A stretch of 53,098 nt of DNA from Gemmatimonadota bacterium (GCA_038153405.1 JAYOYH010000033.1:1-53098), one strand, 5' to 3'. Positions 29,978-39,647 are shown, numbered from the stretch's first letter. Notes: generated from the sequence alone by a model not told the origin. Numbers and translations: made by a program.

Positions 29978-31192
29978 ATGGCAGCAAAGAAGAAGGGCAA
30001 GGTGATTAATCTAGCTATGGTCGGCTGCGGCGGCATGGCCGGCGCGCATCTCAATGGATACGAAGAGCTGCTCGGCAAGGGCGAGACTCGCTTTCGCATC
30101 GTCGCCTGCGTCGATGAAGCGGTCGAGCGTGCGCAGAACTTTGCCGATCGCCTACGCAGAAATTCCGGTTGGGACGTGGCCACGTTTGCCACGTTAGAGC
30201 AGCTGCTCAACAGCGATGTACAGGTCGATGGCGTAGATATTTGCAGTCCGCACGGACTGCACCACGTATTGGCGTGTGAGGCGCTCGACGGCGGCGTTAA
30301 CGTACTCTGCGAAAAACCCATCGGCGTCACGGTGCGCGCCAGCAAGAAAATCGCCGCGACCGCCAAGCGGCGTGGCCTCGTCGCCGCCACCGCTGAGCAG
30401 TGTCGCCGCGCCATTGGTCAGCGCACGATCCACTGGGCGTTTAACGATGGTCTATTGGGCCAGCCCAAAATGTGGTGGGCCATTCGCGCCGGTTGGCAAG
30501 ATCCGCAAAGTGTGCCCAACTGGCACTGGCGCATTGATCGCAAGTTGGGTGGTTGTGGCATGATCATGGACAGCGGCGCCCACTGGGTCGACACCATGCG
30601 CTACTGGTTCGGCGAGATCGACAGCGTGTATGCGCGCGTCGAACACATGTATAAGCGCCCCCATAAAAAGGGTCGTACGATCGTCGATAGTGCGCAGGAG
30701 GATTTCTGGACTAGTATCTTCAATTTCAAGAGCGGGTTGGTGGGCACCTGGTCGTGGACCATTAGTGCACCGGGCAAGGGCTTTACGCAACTGACGATGT
30801 CGGGCACTAAGGGATCGATTATCGATTCGGATATTTTTCATCCGGCCGCTTTTCAAGCCGCCGGCGAGTGCCAACTGCTCGACGGTACGACCTTCAGCAT
30901 GCCCAAGCTGCAAACCCTCTATTTGGATACGCTCAGTCAGCGCAAGAGAGAGCAGCTCTTTCCCTACGGCATTACGGGTGGCGTGACGCTGGAGCTGTGG
31001 GATTTTATCGACGCGCTGAGCAAGGGCAGGCCGGTGGAAATTGACGTGGAGGAAGGGCTGCGCAGCAAGGCGGTGAGCGAAGCGGTATACGAGTCGGGCA
31101 AGAGCGGTCAGGTAGTGAAGGTCGCCGACGTGCTCAAGGGCAAGGTCGATGCCTATCAGCGCGACGTCGACAAGGCTTGGAAACTGCTGTAG
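29978..31192 (+). CDS. Gfo/Idh/MocA family oxidoreductase
   Basis: 'AMVGCGGMA', 'LCEKP', 'IMDSGAHWVD'; GGAGG RBS. Confidence 0.9.
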   Translation: MAAKKKGKVINLAMVGCGGMAGAHLNGYEELLGKGETRFRIVACVDEAVERAQNFADRLRRNSGWDVATFATLEQLLNSDVQVDGVDICSPHGLHHVLACEALDGGVNVLCEKPIGVTVRASKKIAATAKRRGLVAATAEQCRRAIGQRTIHWAFNDGLLGQPKMWWAIRAGWQDPQSVPNWHWRIDRKLGGCGMIMDSGAHWVDTMRYWFGEIDSVYARVEHMYKRPHKKGRTIVDSAQEDFWTSIFNFKSGLVGTWSWTISAPGKGFTQLTMSGTKGSIIDSDIFHPAAFQAAGECQLLDGTTFSMPKLQTLYLDTLSQRKREQLFPYGITGGVTLELWDFIDALSKGRPVEIDVEEGLRSKAVSEAVYESGKSGQVVKVADVLKGKVDAYQRDVDKAWKLL

Positions 31193-31222
31193 ACAAGCGC
31201 CTGCAGAGACGGTGATATAGTC

Positions 31223-31268
31223 GGGGGTGCGGCTGCGCCTGCAGTGCGGTCACACCCCCTTTGCTTTG
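31223..31268 (+). terminator. Possible intrinsic terminator
   Basis: GGGGGTG...CACCCCC stem followed by TTTGCTTT, between convergent genes. Confidence 0.45.
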
Positions 31269-31284
31269 CCTGTTGCTCGGTCTT

Positions 31285-33714
31285 TTAACGCAGCAGAACC
31301 ATGCGCTGCACTCGCGTCCGCTGATCGTGCCGCAGAAGGTAAAAGTAGACTCCGCTGGCCGCTGCGCGGCCGTCGTCGCTGCGGCCGTCCCAATGCGCCG
31401 CATAGTCACCGGCCGCGGCGTAGCCGGATGCCAGCTGGCGCACCTGCTGTCCTAGAACGTCGTAGATCATCAGAGAAAAGTGCCCATCGTTCGACAGCGC
31501 ATAGCGAATCACCGTGCGGGCATTAAACGGGTTAGGATAGTTTTGGTCGAGGGCCAGATAGGTCGGTGTAGCCTCGCTTTGGAAGACGGCGGTTGCGCCG
31601 AGTGCGGCTATCCAGCGCGCCAGCAGCTGTGTTCCTTGGGAATCCACGCGCAGCGAGGCCAGTGGCGGCATGCGGCTGCTGTCGAGCGCGCGCATGCGCG
31701 CCAGCACCGTGGAGTTTTGCGGCTGACCGGGGCGAATGCGGCGCGGCGCGTCTAAGCCGAGATCGCCGTAGAGCGGTGGCACGTCGACCAGGCGCGTCGC
31801 GTCTAGCGGCGAGGAGAAGCGCATATCCATATCGCCGCGTCCGCTGCCACCGGGTAGGTGGCAGCCCGCACAGTTGACCTCCAAATAGGCGCGGGCGCGC
31901 TCGCCGAGGGGGATGCGCTCGTCGTCGTAGCGCGGCAGGCGCGGTAGCTGATCGGGCGGCGCGCCGATGCGCTCTGTGAACAGGCCGATGTGATCGAGCG
32001 TGCGCAGTTGGTTATCGGTGCCCTGCGCGTAGGGATGATCGCCGTTGAGCTGAGCTGTGCGCACGCCCAGCACATAGCCGCTTTGCGGCGTGTGGCAGGT
32101 CAGGCACTCGGCGCGGCTGGGAAAGTAGTGCGTGTGCTCTTGGCCGCCTACGGAATAGGTACGCGTGACGCTCTCGGTCAGCAGCGTGGCCTCGTCGCCG
32201 TCCCACATATAGTTGTAGCCGTCCCATGCCTGGCCAACTGGGCGCTTGACGAAGAAGCGCGTTTCGACGAGCTGCTCGCCTAAATAAAAGTTTTTCACCA
32301 GCACGCTTTGGGCGGGAAAGGTCCAGTGATCTTCGCGCGAAAATTTGATCTGCGCCGTGCCGGGCAGGGCGATAAACCGCTCCTTATCGGCGCCGTCGGA
32401 CCAAAACGGGGCGTTGACCGAATAGGGTATTATGCCCGGGGCCAGGCGCCGCGTCGCCATGTCTTCATACAGCCCGGACGCCGAAAGCTTGGCGGGGATA
32501 TTGCCCGGTGGATCGGCGTCGTCCTTATCGGCTAGTCGATAGATGGCCCCGTCAAATCCGACGATATAGACTTCGCCCTGCTCGTCCTCGCCAAAACTGG
32601 CAATGGGCGATGGGCTGAGGGCGAGTAGCTGGTTTTCTACCTGCCCGTCGGGCAGGCGGCGCAGCGCCCAGACCTGGCGATCGACAAAGTCCCCGTACAC
32701 GTAGGCCCCCTGCAGTCGAATGAGGCGGGGGCCGCGGTATACATAGCCGCCGGTAATGGAGTGGCCCACGCTGTGGCTGTACTCGTATAGCGGTAATACG
32801 AGTCCGCTGCTATCGCAGCCGTTGGATGGGTTGAAGCAGTGCGAGCCCTCCATGGTGTTCCAGCCGTAGTTGCCGCCGCGCACAATCAGATCGACTTCTT
32901 CCCATTCGTTCTGGCCGACATCGCCGGCCCACAGCTCGCCGGTCTGGCGATCGAAGCTAAAACGCCACGGGTTGCGCAGGCCCCAGGCCCAAATTTCGCG
33001 CCGGCGTCCGGCGCTGCCGTCAAAGGGGTTGTCGGCTGGAATGGCATAGGCCAAGTCGCCCTCGCGCCGGTCTACGTCGATGCGGAGAATGGCCCCGAGC
33101 AGCGTGGTGGGATCTTGGCCGTTTTTAAACACGTCGTTGGCGCGTCCGCCATCGCCTAAACCAATGTAAAGGTAGCCGTCTGGACCAAAGGCGATTTGCC
33201 CGCCGTTGTGATTGCCGGCCGGCTGTTCCACGTCGAGCAGCACGCGCTCGCTGGATGGAACGCCGCGCTGTGGGTTGCCGGGATCGACGCTAAATTCAGA
33301 CACGCGCGTGATGAGGTCTCCGGTGGTGTAAAAGACGTAGAACAGACCGTTGTCGCGATAGCGCGGGTGGAAGGCCATGCTGAGCAGGCCGGTCTCGCTA
33401 GACGGCGTGCGAACCCGGTCGCGCAGGTCAATAAATGTGCTAGCCTGTGCGCCTTCGCCGTTGATAAATGCGCGCACGGTGCCGCTGCGCTCGACGACAA
33501 AGAGGCGATTGGAACCGTCGCCGGCATGGGTCAGGTGCAGCGATGACGAAAAGCGCAGGTCGGCAAATATGCGCTCCAGTTTCATGGCCGCCAGCGCGTA
33601 TCCGGGACTGTCCAGCAGCAGCGATGTATTGGCCTGGCGCTCTGCCAACCCATAGGGTGCCTGTTGGGCCAGCAGTGCGCTCGGTATGAGTAGGGCGATG
33701 AACAGGTAGTGCAA
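31285..33714 (-). CDS. Secreted PQQ-dependent sugar dehydrogenase (GSDH beta-propeller) fused to a diheme cytochrome c domain and a C-terminal FlgD/T9SS-like domain
   Basis: Signal peptide from TTG 33714 (GGGAG RBS); 'NHNGGQIAFGPDGYLY', 'GLRNPWRFSFD'; CxxCH motifs CLTCH and CAGCH; 'QNYPNPFN...WDGR...ASGVYF'. Confidence 0.88.
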   Translation of the reverse strand: MHYLFIALLIPSALLAQQAPYGLAERQANTSLLLDSPGYALAAMKLERIFADLRFSSSLHLTHAGDGSNRLFVVERSGTVRAFINGEGAQASTFIDLRDRVRTPSSETGLLSMAFHPRYRDNGLFYVFYTTGDLITRVSEFSVDPGNPQRGVPSSERVLLDVEQPAGNHNGGQIAFGPDGYLYIGLGDGGRANDVFKNGQDPTTLLGAILRIDVDRREGDLAYAIPADNPFDGSAGRRREIWAWGLRNPWRFSFDRQTGELWAGDVGQNEWEEVDLIVRGGNYGWNTMEGSHCFNPSNGCDSSGLVLPLYEYSHSVGHSITGGYVYRGPRLIRLQGAYVYGDFVDRQVWALRRLPDGQVENQLLALSPSPIASFGEDEQGEVYIVGFDGAIYRLADKDDADPPGNIPAKLSASGLYEDMATRRLAPGIIPYSVNAPFWSDGADKERFIALPGTAQIKFSREDHWTFPAQSVLVKNFYLGEQLVETRFFVKRPVGQAWDGYNYMWDGDEATLLTESVTRTYSVGGQEHTHYFPSRAECLTCHTPQSGYVLGVRTAQLNGDHPYAQGTDNQLRTLDHIGLFTERIGAPPDQLPRLPRYDDERIPLGERARAYLEVNCAGCHLPGGSGRGDMDMRFSSPLDATRLVDVPPLYGDLGLDAPRRIRPGQPQNSTVLARMRALDSSRMPPLASLRVDSQGTQLLARWIAALGATAVFQSEATPTYLALDQNYPNPFNARTVIRYALSNDGHFSLMIYDVLGQQVRQLASGYAAAGDYAAHWDGRSDDGRAAASGVYFYLLRHDQRTRVQRMVLLR

Positions 33715-33734
33715 TAGCGGTTCTCCCGGTTGGC

Positions 33735-34790
33735 TCAGTGGGCGTGAATCTCGTATTCGACGACGCGGGTGTCGCCGCCGATGCGGCGCCAAAAGCGCTC
33801 CAACAGCGCCGAGTTGGCGGCAAAGGCCGGTGGTCGCCGCGCAAAGTCGACGATGAGGTCGGCATCGTGTGCGTCGCGCAGTAGGCGAAAAGAGAATATG
33901 TACTTCCCATCGGCATCGAGCCAGATGTCGGAGCGACCAAAGCGCAGATCGTTGAAAAAAACATCGTCGCCCTCGCGGTGGGCGCGGTAATAGCCGCGCG
34001 AAAACCAGCGCAGCGCGCGCAGCGGACGCTGTTGCCAATAGGGGGCGACTAGCGCGGTGTTTTTTTCAATGCGGCGAAAGCGCGTTGGCGGCTTCTCATC
34101 AAAAAGGGAATAGAGTCCGACGTAGAGCGCATCGTCGGACTCGGCAAGGCCCATCCACAGCACGTTGTTAAGCGGAGTAGGAGTCGCAAAGAGCCGCTGG
34201 TAGGTAATGCCCTGATCGTCTAGGGCGTCGGCGAACGTCGCGCGCACGTGCAGGCTGTTGGCCGCTGTCAGCAGCAAATAACACGAGCTGAGTGCCAGGC
34301 CGAGGCCGTTGAGTTGGCGCCGCCGCCGCGCGTCGGGTGGATGGCGCAGAGCGGCCATGAGGAAAAAGAGCAGGGGGAGCGTATAGAGCGGGTCGATGAT
34401 AAAGATCGTCGAAAAGGCGACGGGATAGGAACTAAAGGGATTGAATAACTGCGTGCCGTACATGGTGAAGGCGTCGAGCAGTGCGTGGGTTAGCAATCCC
34501 CAAAACCACAACGTCGCCCAGTTGCGCCAGTGCACGTTCAGTTGCGCATGCAGCGCCGCTGTCAACTTGCCGCCGAGCAGGCCGCCGACGGCGGCAAAGA
34601 GCAGCGAGTGCGATAGGCCGCGGTGAATGCCCAACTGCACTGTTTCGCTGGTAAAGGCGCCCAGCAGCACGTCTAGGTCGGGGGTTAGGCCGGCGGCAGC
34701 ACCCCACAGTGCCGCGCGGTGCGCTGCCCGGCGTCCGAGCACGGCCTCGCCGACAGCAGCGCCGAGTGCAAGTTGGGTAACGGTATCGAT
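33735..34790 (-). CDS. YdjM-like inner-membrane metal-dependent hydrolase
   Basis: '(I)DTVTQLALGAAVG', 'PDLD', 'HRGLSHS', 'THALLDAFTMYGT', 'IIDPLYT'. The expected start position is an ATC codon. Confidence 0.85.
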   Translation of the reverse strand: MDTVTQLALGAAVGEAVLGRRAAHRAALWGAAAGLTPDLDVLLGAFTSETVQLGIHRGLSHSLLFAAVGGLLGGKLTAALHAQLNVHWRNWATLWFWGLLTHALLDAFTMYGTQLFNPFSSYPVAFSTIFIIDPLYTLPLLFFLMAALRHPPDARRRRQLNGLGLALSSCYLLLTAANSLHVRATFADALDDQGITYQRLFATPTPLNNVLWMGLAESDDALYVGLYSLFDEKPPTRFRRIEKNTALVAPYWQQRPLRALRWFSRGYYRAHREGDDVFFNDLRFGRSDIWLDADGKYIFSFRLLRDAHDADLIVDFARRPPAFAANSALLERFWRRIGGDTRVVEYEIHAH

Positions 34791-34906
34791 CGTCGTCTTC
34801 CGCAGATGGTGAAAAGGGAGCCTATGGGCAGAATATACGCAGTGTGGCAATGGGGGCTATGGGTTTCGCTTGACAGCGCTGGGTGCCAGGGGGATATTGG
34901 GGCCCC

Positions 34907-34984
34907 ATGACGCCAAAAATACGCAGTATGCAAGCGGGCGATCGGCTGGCGGTGGCCGAGCTAATCTGCGTATCTACAAACTGG
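34907..34984 (+). pseudogene. Possible N-terminal remnant of a GNAT acetyltransferase
   Basis: MTPKIRSMQAGDRLAVAELICVSTNW resembles a GNAT beta1-alpha1 start, then runs into the end of the convergent gene. Confidence 0.35.
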
Positions 34985-35008
34985 GCCGCGGCGTTGCGTT
35001 GCCCACCT

Positions 35009-35668
35009 TTATGCCGGAGACGGGGTAGGCCACGAGCCCAACAGCAGCAAATACCCGCGGATCGTTGGGCGCTGGCCCGTCCAGGCGATGAGCGGTTCGG
35101 TGGTCGTCCATGCCAGCAGAGAGGCGCCCAGATGCTCTGCGCAGTGGCGACCAAGCGCCAAGAAGGAAGGCCGCCCTGGATCGGCTAAGAGCAGCTGTTT
35201 GACGCCGGCACCCAGCGCGCGCTCCACGAGTTGCAGTACGATTTGCACCATATTCTGGCGAAAGCAAATATCGGCTCCTATCACGATGTCGTGCGCCGCT
35301 AATAGCGCCCTGTCAACGCGGGAAAAATCCAGCGGCTGCGTGGCGATGTCAACGCCGTTGAGCTGTGCGTGCAGGTCGACAAAGGGGAATACGAGTGGAT
35401 CGATATCGGTTGCCGTCACGCGCGCGGCAAAGGTCCGCGCGCAGAAGATGCCCCCCAATCCCCAACCGCAGCCGACATCGAGCACGCGGGACTGCGGTGC
35501 GAGGGGATGGCGCTGCAGAAAGTCCATGAGTAACCACCCGGCATTCCACGCCTTGTGGCCCTGTTGGCGCGGCGAATTGAGCCCTTTGACGCGGCGCAAT
35601 TCGGGGTGGGTGGCGCTGGGTAGCCGCAGGCCGAAGGCCTCGCGTTCGTGGGGGGCTAAGCCCGTCAT
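35009..35668 (-). CDS. Class I SAM-dependent methyltransferase (METTL21/Methyltransf_16-like)
   Basis: 'GHKAWNAG..L', 'VLDVGCGWGLGG', 'TATD', 'IGADICF', 'LADPGR'; ATG 35668. Confidence 0.8.
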   Translation of the reverse strand: MTGLAPHEREAFGLRLPSATHPELRRVKGLNSPRQQGHKAWNAGWLLMDFLQRHPLAPQSRVLDVGCGWGLGGIFCARTFAARVTATDIDPLVFPFVDLHAQLNGVDIATQPLDFSRVDRALLAAHDIVIGADICFRQNMVQIVLQLVERALGAGVKQLLLADPGRPSFLALGRHCAEHLGASLLAWTTTEPLIAWTGQRPTIRGYLLLLGSWPTPSPA

Positions 35669-35747
35669 ATCGGTGCCCTTTCGCCGCAGTGATATTGCAG
35701 TATATACCAAAGTAAGGAGAGGCTGGTCGGCCAGCCACTGGAAATAC

Positions 35748-36848
35748 ATGCTAGAAAATTGGCGCTTTTCCCGCATTGTCGATGCACTGCCGCCGGTAGT
35801 GCCCTTTGTCCCTCCCGAGGCATTAGAGCGCCGCTTGGGCCGCGCGCTGAACGTGCGCACGGGAGCCAACGAGAGCAATTTTGGCGCTTCGCCGCGTGCA
35901 CATGAGGCCATGGTCAAGTCCATCGAACAGGTGCACTGGTACGGCGATCCCGAAGGCTATGTGCTGCGCGCGGCGCTGGCACAAAAGCACGGCCTACAGC
36001 GCGGCGAAATTGCCTTGGGCAGCGGTATTGACGATTTGTTGGGACTCTTCGTGCGTCTCCTCGTCGATCCCGGCGACGCAGTACTCACCTCATTAGGGGC
36101 ATATCCAACTTTTAATTACCACGTCGAAGGCTACGGCGGCATCCTGCATAAGGTGCCCTACCGCGCCGATTGCGAAGATCTGTCGGGGCTGGCCGATGCC
36201 GCGCGAGATATCGAGCCCAAAATCGTCTACGTAGCCAATCCCGACAATCCGATGGGCACCTGGCACGACCGCGCGGCGCTGGCCGACTTTATCGCGCGCC
36301 TGCCCGATGCGAGCGTGCTGTTGCTCGACGAGGCCTATGCTGACTTTGCGCCGGAGAGTGCGCTATTAACCCCCGATCTGGCGCGCGCGCGCGTGGTGCA
36401 TTTGCGCACGTTTTCCAAAGCTTACGGTATGGCCGGCGCGCGCATAGGATATGCTATGGCGCCCGCCGCGCTGGTCGCAGCGCTCGACAAGGTGCGCAAT
36501 CACTTTGGCGTCAGCCGCGTTGCGCAGGCCGGTGCACTGGCTGCCCTCGACGATGGGGACTTTGTGCGCTGCGTAGTCGCTGAGGTGGAGCAAGGCAAGA
36601 GTGAGTATGCCGAGTTGGCGCATGAGCTCGGGACATCTATCGTGCCATCGGCGACCAACTTCGTGGCCCTTGACGCCGGCGATGGCGCGCGCGCGCGCGC
36701 GCTGATGGCGGCTTTGCTGGCGCGCGGCGTTTTTGTGCGCATGCCCGGCGTTTCCCCGCTTGATCGCTGCATACGCATAACGGTCGGGCCGGCTCCGGAG
36801 CGCGCGGCGCTGGCCCCGTTGCTGCGCGCGGCGTGGAAGGAGGTCTGA
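35748..36848 (+). CDS. PLP-dependent aminotransferase, HisC-like (class I/II)
   Basis: 'GANESNFG', 'NPDNPMG', 'DEAY', 'RTFSKAYGMAGARIGY'; ATG 35748. Confidence 0.88.
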   Translation: MLENWRFSRIVDALPPVVPFVPPEALERRLGRALNVRTGANESNFGASPRAHEAMVKSIEQVHWYGDPEGYVLRAALAQKHGLQRGEIALGSGIDDLLGLFVRLLVDPGDAVLTSLGAYPTFNYHVEGYGGILHKVPYRADCEDLSGLADAARDIEPKIVYVANPDNPMGTWHDRAALADFIARLPDASVLLLDEAYADFAPESALLTPDLARARVVHLRTFSKAYGMAGARIGYAMAPAALVAALDKVRNHFGVSRVAQAGALAALDDGDFVRCVVAEVEQGKSEYAELAHELGTSIVPSATNFVALDAGDGARARALMAALLARGVFVRMPGVSPLDRCIRITVGPAPERAALAPLLRAAWKEV

Positions 36849-36849
36849 G

Positions 36850-37734
36850 GTGAAGGTGCTATTGGTCGGGGCGAGTGGATTGATCGGATCGGCGCTGGCG
36901 CGTCACGTGCGCGAAGAGGGCCATGCCGTCGTTCGTCTCGTGCGGCGCAAGCCGGTAGACGACGAGGAGTTTTTGTGGGATGTCTCGCGCGGAGAAATCG
37001 ATGCCGCCGCGCTGGACGGCGTCGACGCCGTCGTCCACCTGGGGGGTAGCAATATCGCCGGAGGGCGTTGGACCGCGCGCAGAAAAGCCGAACTGCGCGC
37101 CAGTCGGATTGACAGCACGGCCCTGTTGGTCAACGCACTCCAGCGCACCGATAGCAAGCCGCAGATTTTTATCTGCGCTTCGGCTGTGGGCATATACGGA
37201 GATCGCGGCGACGAAGTGCTTACGGAAGACAGTGCGCCGGGCAGCGGATTTCTCGCCGAACTAGGCCAGGCTTGGGAGTCCGTGGCTGCGGGGGCACCAA
37301 TGCAGGTGGTGCACGCGCGGTTCGGCATCGTGTTGGACCGCACCGGCGGGGCGCTGGGCAAGATGCATCTGCCCTTTAAATTGGGTCTGGGCGGTCGGTT
37401 GGGGAGTGGGCGTCAGTATATGAGCTGGATCGATATGGACGACGCCGTGGCCGCGCTCTACTGGATGCTGAGCGCGCGGGCGCTGAGTGGCCCGGTCAAC
37501 GTGGTGGCGCCGCAGCCGGTGCGCAATGCCGACTTCACGCGCGCACTGGGCCGCGCGCTGCGCCGTCCGACTCCCTTTCCCGTGCCGGCTTTTGCGCTGC
37601 GTTTGGCTCTGGGTGAAATGGCCGATGAAGCCCTGCTGGCCAGTCAGCGCGTCGAACCGCACAAGCTGCTCGATGCGGGCTTCCAATTTGCCCTGCCCGA
37701 CGTGCAGAGCGCGCTGTTGGCACAGCTGGGCTGA
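36850..37734 (+). CDS. TIGR01777/YfcH family NAD-dependent epimerase-like protein
   Basis: 'GASGLIGSAL', 'SAVGIYG', 'GLGGRLGSGRQYMSWI', 'LGRALRRP'. Confidence 0.92.
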   Translation: MKVLLVGASGLIGSALARHVREEGHAVVRLVRRKPVDDEEFLWDVSRGEIDAAALDGVDAVVHLGGSNIAGGRWTARRKAELRASRIDSTALLVNALQRTDSKPQIFICASAVGIYGDRGDEVLTEDSAPGSGFLAELGQAWESVAAGAPMQVVHARFGIVLDRTGGALGKMHLPFKLGLGGRLGSGRQYMSWIDMDDAVAALYWMLSARALSGPVNVVAPQPVRNADFTRALGRALRRPTPFPVPAFALRLALGEMADEALLASQRVEPHKLLDAGFQFALPDVQSALLAQLG

Positions 37735-37780
37735 TAGCGCGTGACCGCTCACTCAGCGCCGCGCGTTGGAGCGGTGTTTT

Positions 37781-38680
37781 ATGCGCGTTAGCTACAGTCC
37801 CTCATACTTCGTAGAACTGCCCGCTAATCACCCCTTTCCGATGGGTAAATTTGCCGCTCTACAGCGCATTCTCTTAGCGGAAAGGCTCGTACTGCCCGAG
37901 CACATTTTCGAACCGGCCGAAGCGGCCTGGGACGATTTGCTTCGCGTGCACGAAGCGCCGTATATAGACAAGCTGCGCCGCGGCGCTCTAGCGCGTCGCG
38001 AGGAGCGCCGCATGGGGCTGCCCTGGTCAGAGGCGCTGCTGCGTCGCTCGCGCCTGGCCGTGCAGGGAACGCTGACGGCGGCCCGCATGGCGCTGGAGGA
38101 TGGCATTGCCGCCAATTTAGCTGGCGGTACGCACCACGCCTTTCCCGGCCACGGCGAGGGCTTTTGCGTATTCAACGACATGGCGGTAGCCATTCGCACC
38201 TTAGTGGCCGAAGGAGCGATAGAGCGGGGTGTGGTAATCGATTTGGATGTCCACCAGGGCAACGGCACGGCGGCGGCGCTGGCCGGTGATCCAATGGCCT
38301 ACACCTTCTCGATGCACGGCGCCAAAAACTATCCCTTTGTCAAAGAGCAGTCATCGCGCGACGTCGAGCTAGAAGATGGCGCGGGCGACGACCAATATGC
38401 GCAGCTACTGGCCGAGCACCTACCGCAGGTTCTCGACGAGGCCCGAGCCGATATCGCCTTTTACTTGGCCGGTGTCGATGTGGTCAAAGGCGATCGCTAT
38501 GGTCGGTTGGCGCTGAGTCGGGAGGGGCTGCGCACGCGCGAGCGCGCGGTCTTAGAGACGCTGGCAGGCAGGGGAACGCCGCTGGTACTGCTGATGTCTG
38601 GAGGTTATGCGCCTACGGCCGATGAGACGGCCGATCTACACGCCGAAGTGCACCGCGCGGCGCGCGAGATCTACGCATAG
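37781..38680 (+). CDS. Histone deacetylase family protein (HDAC11-like)
   Basis: 'HPFPMGKF', 'GGTHHA', 'GFCVFND', 'DLDVHQGNGT', 'GGY'. Confidence 0.92.
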   Translation: MRVSYSPSYFVELPANHPFPMGKFAALQRILLAERLVLPEHIFEPAEAAWDDLLRVHEAPYIDKLRRGALARREERRMGLPWSEALLRRSRLAVQGTLTAARMALEDGIAANLAGGTHHAFPGHGEGFCVFNDMAVAIRTLVAEGAIERGVVIDLDVHQGNGTAAALAGDPMAYTFSMHGAKNYPFVKEQSSRDVELEDGAGDDQYAQLLAEHLPQVLDEARADIAFYLAGVDVVKGDRYGRLALSREGLRTRERAVLETLAGRGTPLVLLMSGGYAPTADETADLHAEVHRAAREIYA

Positions 38681-38690
38681 AAGGCCGCCG

Positions 38691-39647
38691 TTAAGGCGCG
38701 TATACGGTGAATCCAACCGAATCGACTGCCGCAGAGGCGAAAAAGCCTATGCCCCCATCTACATTGAAGCGGGGACGTTGAAACTGATCTCCGAGCAGGC
38801 CACCGCCGCCGCCGCCGCCGTCGCTGTCGGGGTCGGTGCGGATAAAGTCGTACCAGTTTTTATCTAAGGCGTATATCAGAAACTTGTGGCGTCCTTCAAA
38901 GGCGATGCCAAACCAGGGCAAACGCGCGTTTCCATCGCTGATGGCCAGAGGAGGCGACGCGCCCGATCGGTCAAACTCTGCCAGATCGTCTTCTTCTAAG
39001 AAATCGGCTTCAATCAGCAGCGGTGAATCCTCTTCCAGATTGAAAATGGCCAATTGGTAGGCATCGATATCGTTTGCGCTGAGGCGCACTTCGAGCAGAC
39101 CTTGGCGATAGGGTACCTGATTTGTCTGCGCCTCGTAAACGCCGTCTCCCAGTTCGGAAAATAGCGCCAGCTGGCTGTCGACTTGCAGCGTTTCCTCGTC
39201 GAGGAGGAGAAAGCGCTCTACCCTAATGCGCTGTGGCGTGGTTGTTTGCGCGCGCAGAACCTGGCCATCGGGCGTGCTGGCCTCGAGTTCATACAGGCGC
39301 TGCGGCTCGACCATGGGGGCATCGGCCGGCGGCAGGTAGCGCCCCAGCGAATCGGGGTCCGGCGCGTAGCTATAGCTCTGATTGCCGCTGCGCACGACGA
39401 TCTGCGCGTCTACAATAGCCGCTGCTTCGGTCGAGTGCGCAGCGCCCGGTTCCAGCGTGCGCTTGAGAAAGAGGTCGGGTAGCGGTTGGTCGACGGTGAG
39501 GATGGCATCTATAACCAGCACGTCGGCCTCGCTGGGGCCGAAGAGTTCGCCCGGCTTGCGATCGGCCGAGCAGGCGGCTAGCAGTACTAGCAGTGCCCAG
39601 GTGGCACGCGTGCGCAATATGTGGGTTGGCGTATATCGCATGGACAT
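38691..39647 (-). CDS. DUF4249-like lipoprotein (TonB receptor partner)
   Basis: Lipobox LLAAC; C-terminal 'NVDGGIGFF'; start overlaps the receptor stop (TGATG). Confidence 0.78.
   Translation of the reverse strand: MSMRYTPTHILRTRATWALLVLLAACSADRKPGELFGPSEADVLVIDAILTVDQPLPDLFLKRTLEPGAAHSTEAAAIVDAQIVVRSGNQSYSYAPDPDSLGRYLPPADAPMVEPQRLYELEASTPDGQVLRAQTTTPQRIRVERFLLLDEETLQVDSQLALFSELGDGVYEAQTNQVPYRQGLLEVRLSANDIDAYQLAIFNLEEDSPLLIEADFLEEDDLAEFDRSGASPPLAISDGNARLPWFGIAFEGRHKFLIYALDKNWYDFIRTDPDSDGGGGGGGLLGDQFQRPRFNVDGGIGFFASAAVDSVGFTVYAP

Noticed and set aside
33715..34038. 108-aa N-terminal extension of the GSDH-cytochrome ORF
   Set aside because: It overlaps the YdjM-like gene in another frame; the RBS and signal peptide point to TTG 33714.
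35088..35747. 220-aa N-terminal extension of the aminotransferase ORF (586 aa in the track), suggesting a fusion
   Set aside because: It is the antisense shadow of the methyltransferase gene; the aminotransferase family sequence begins near ATG 35748.
36685..36702. (GC)9 dinucleotide run, possible Z-DNA or phase-variation tract
   Set aside because: In frame (encodes ARARA) in a genome rich in GCGCGC; no frameshift evidence.
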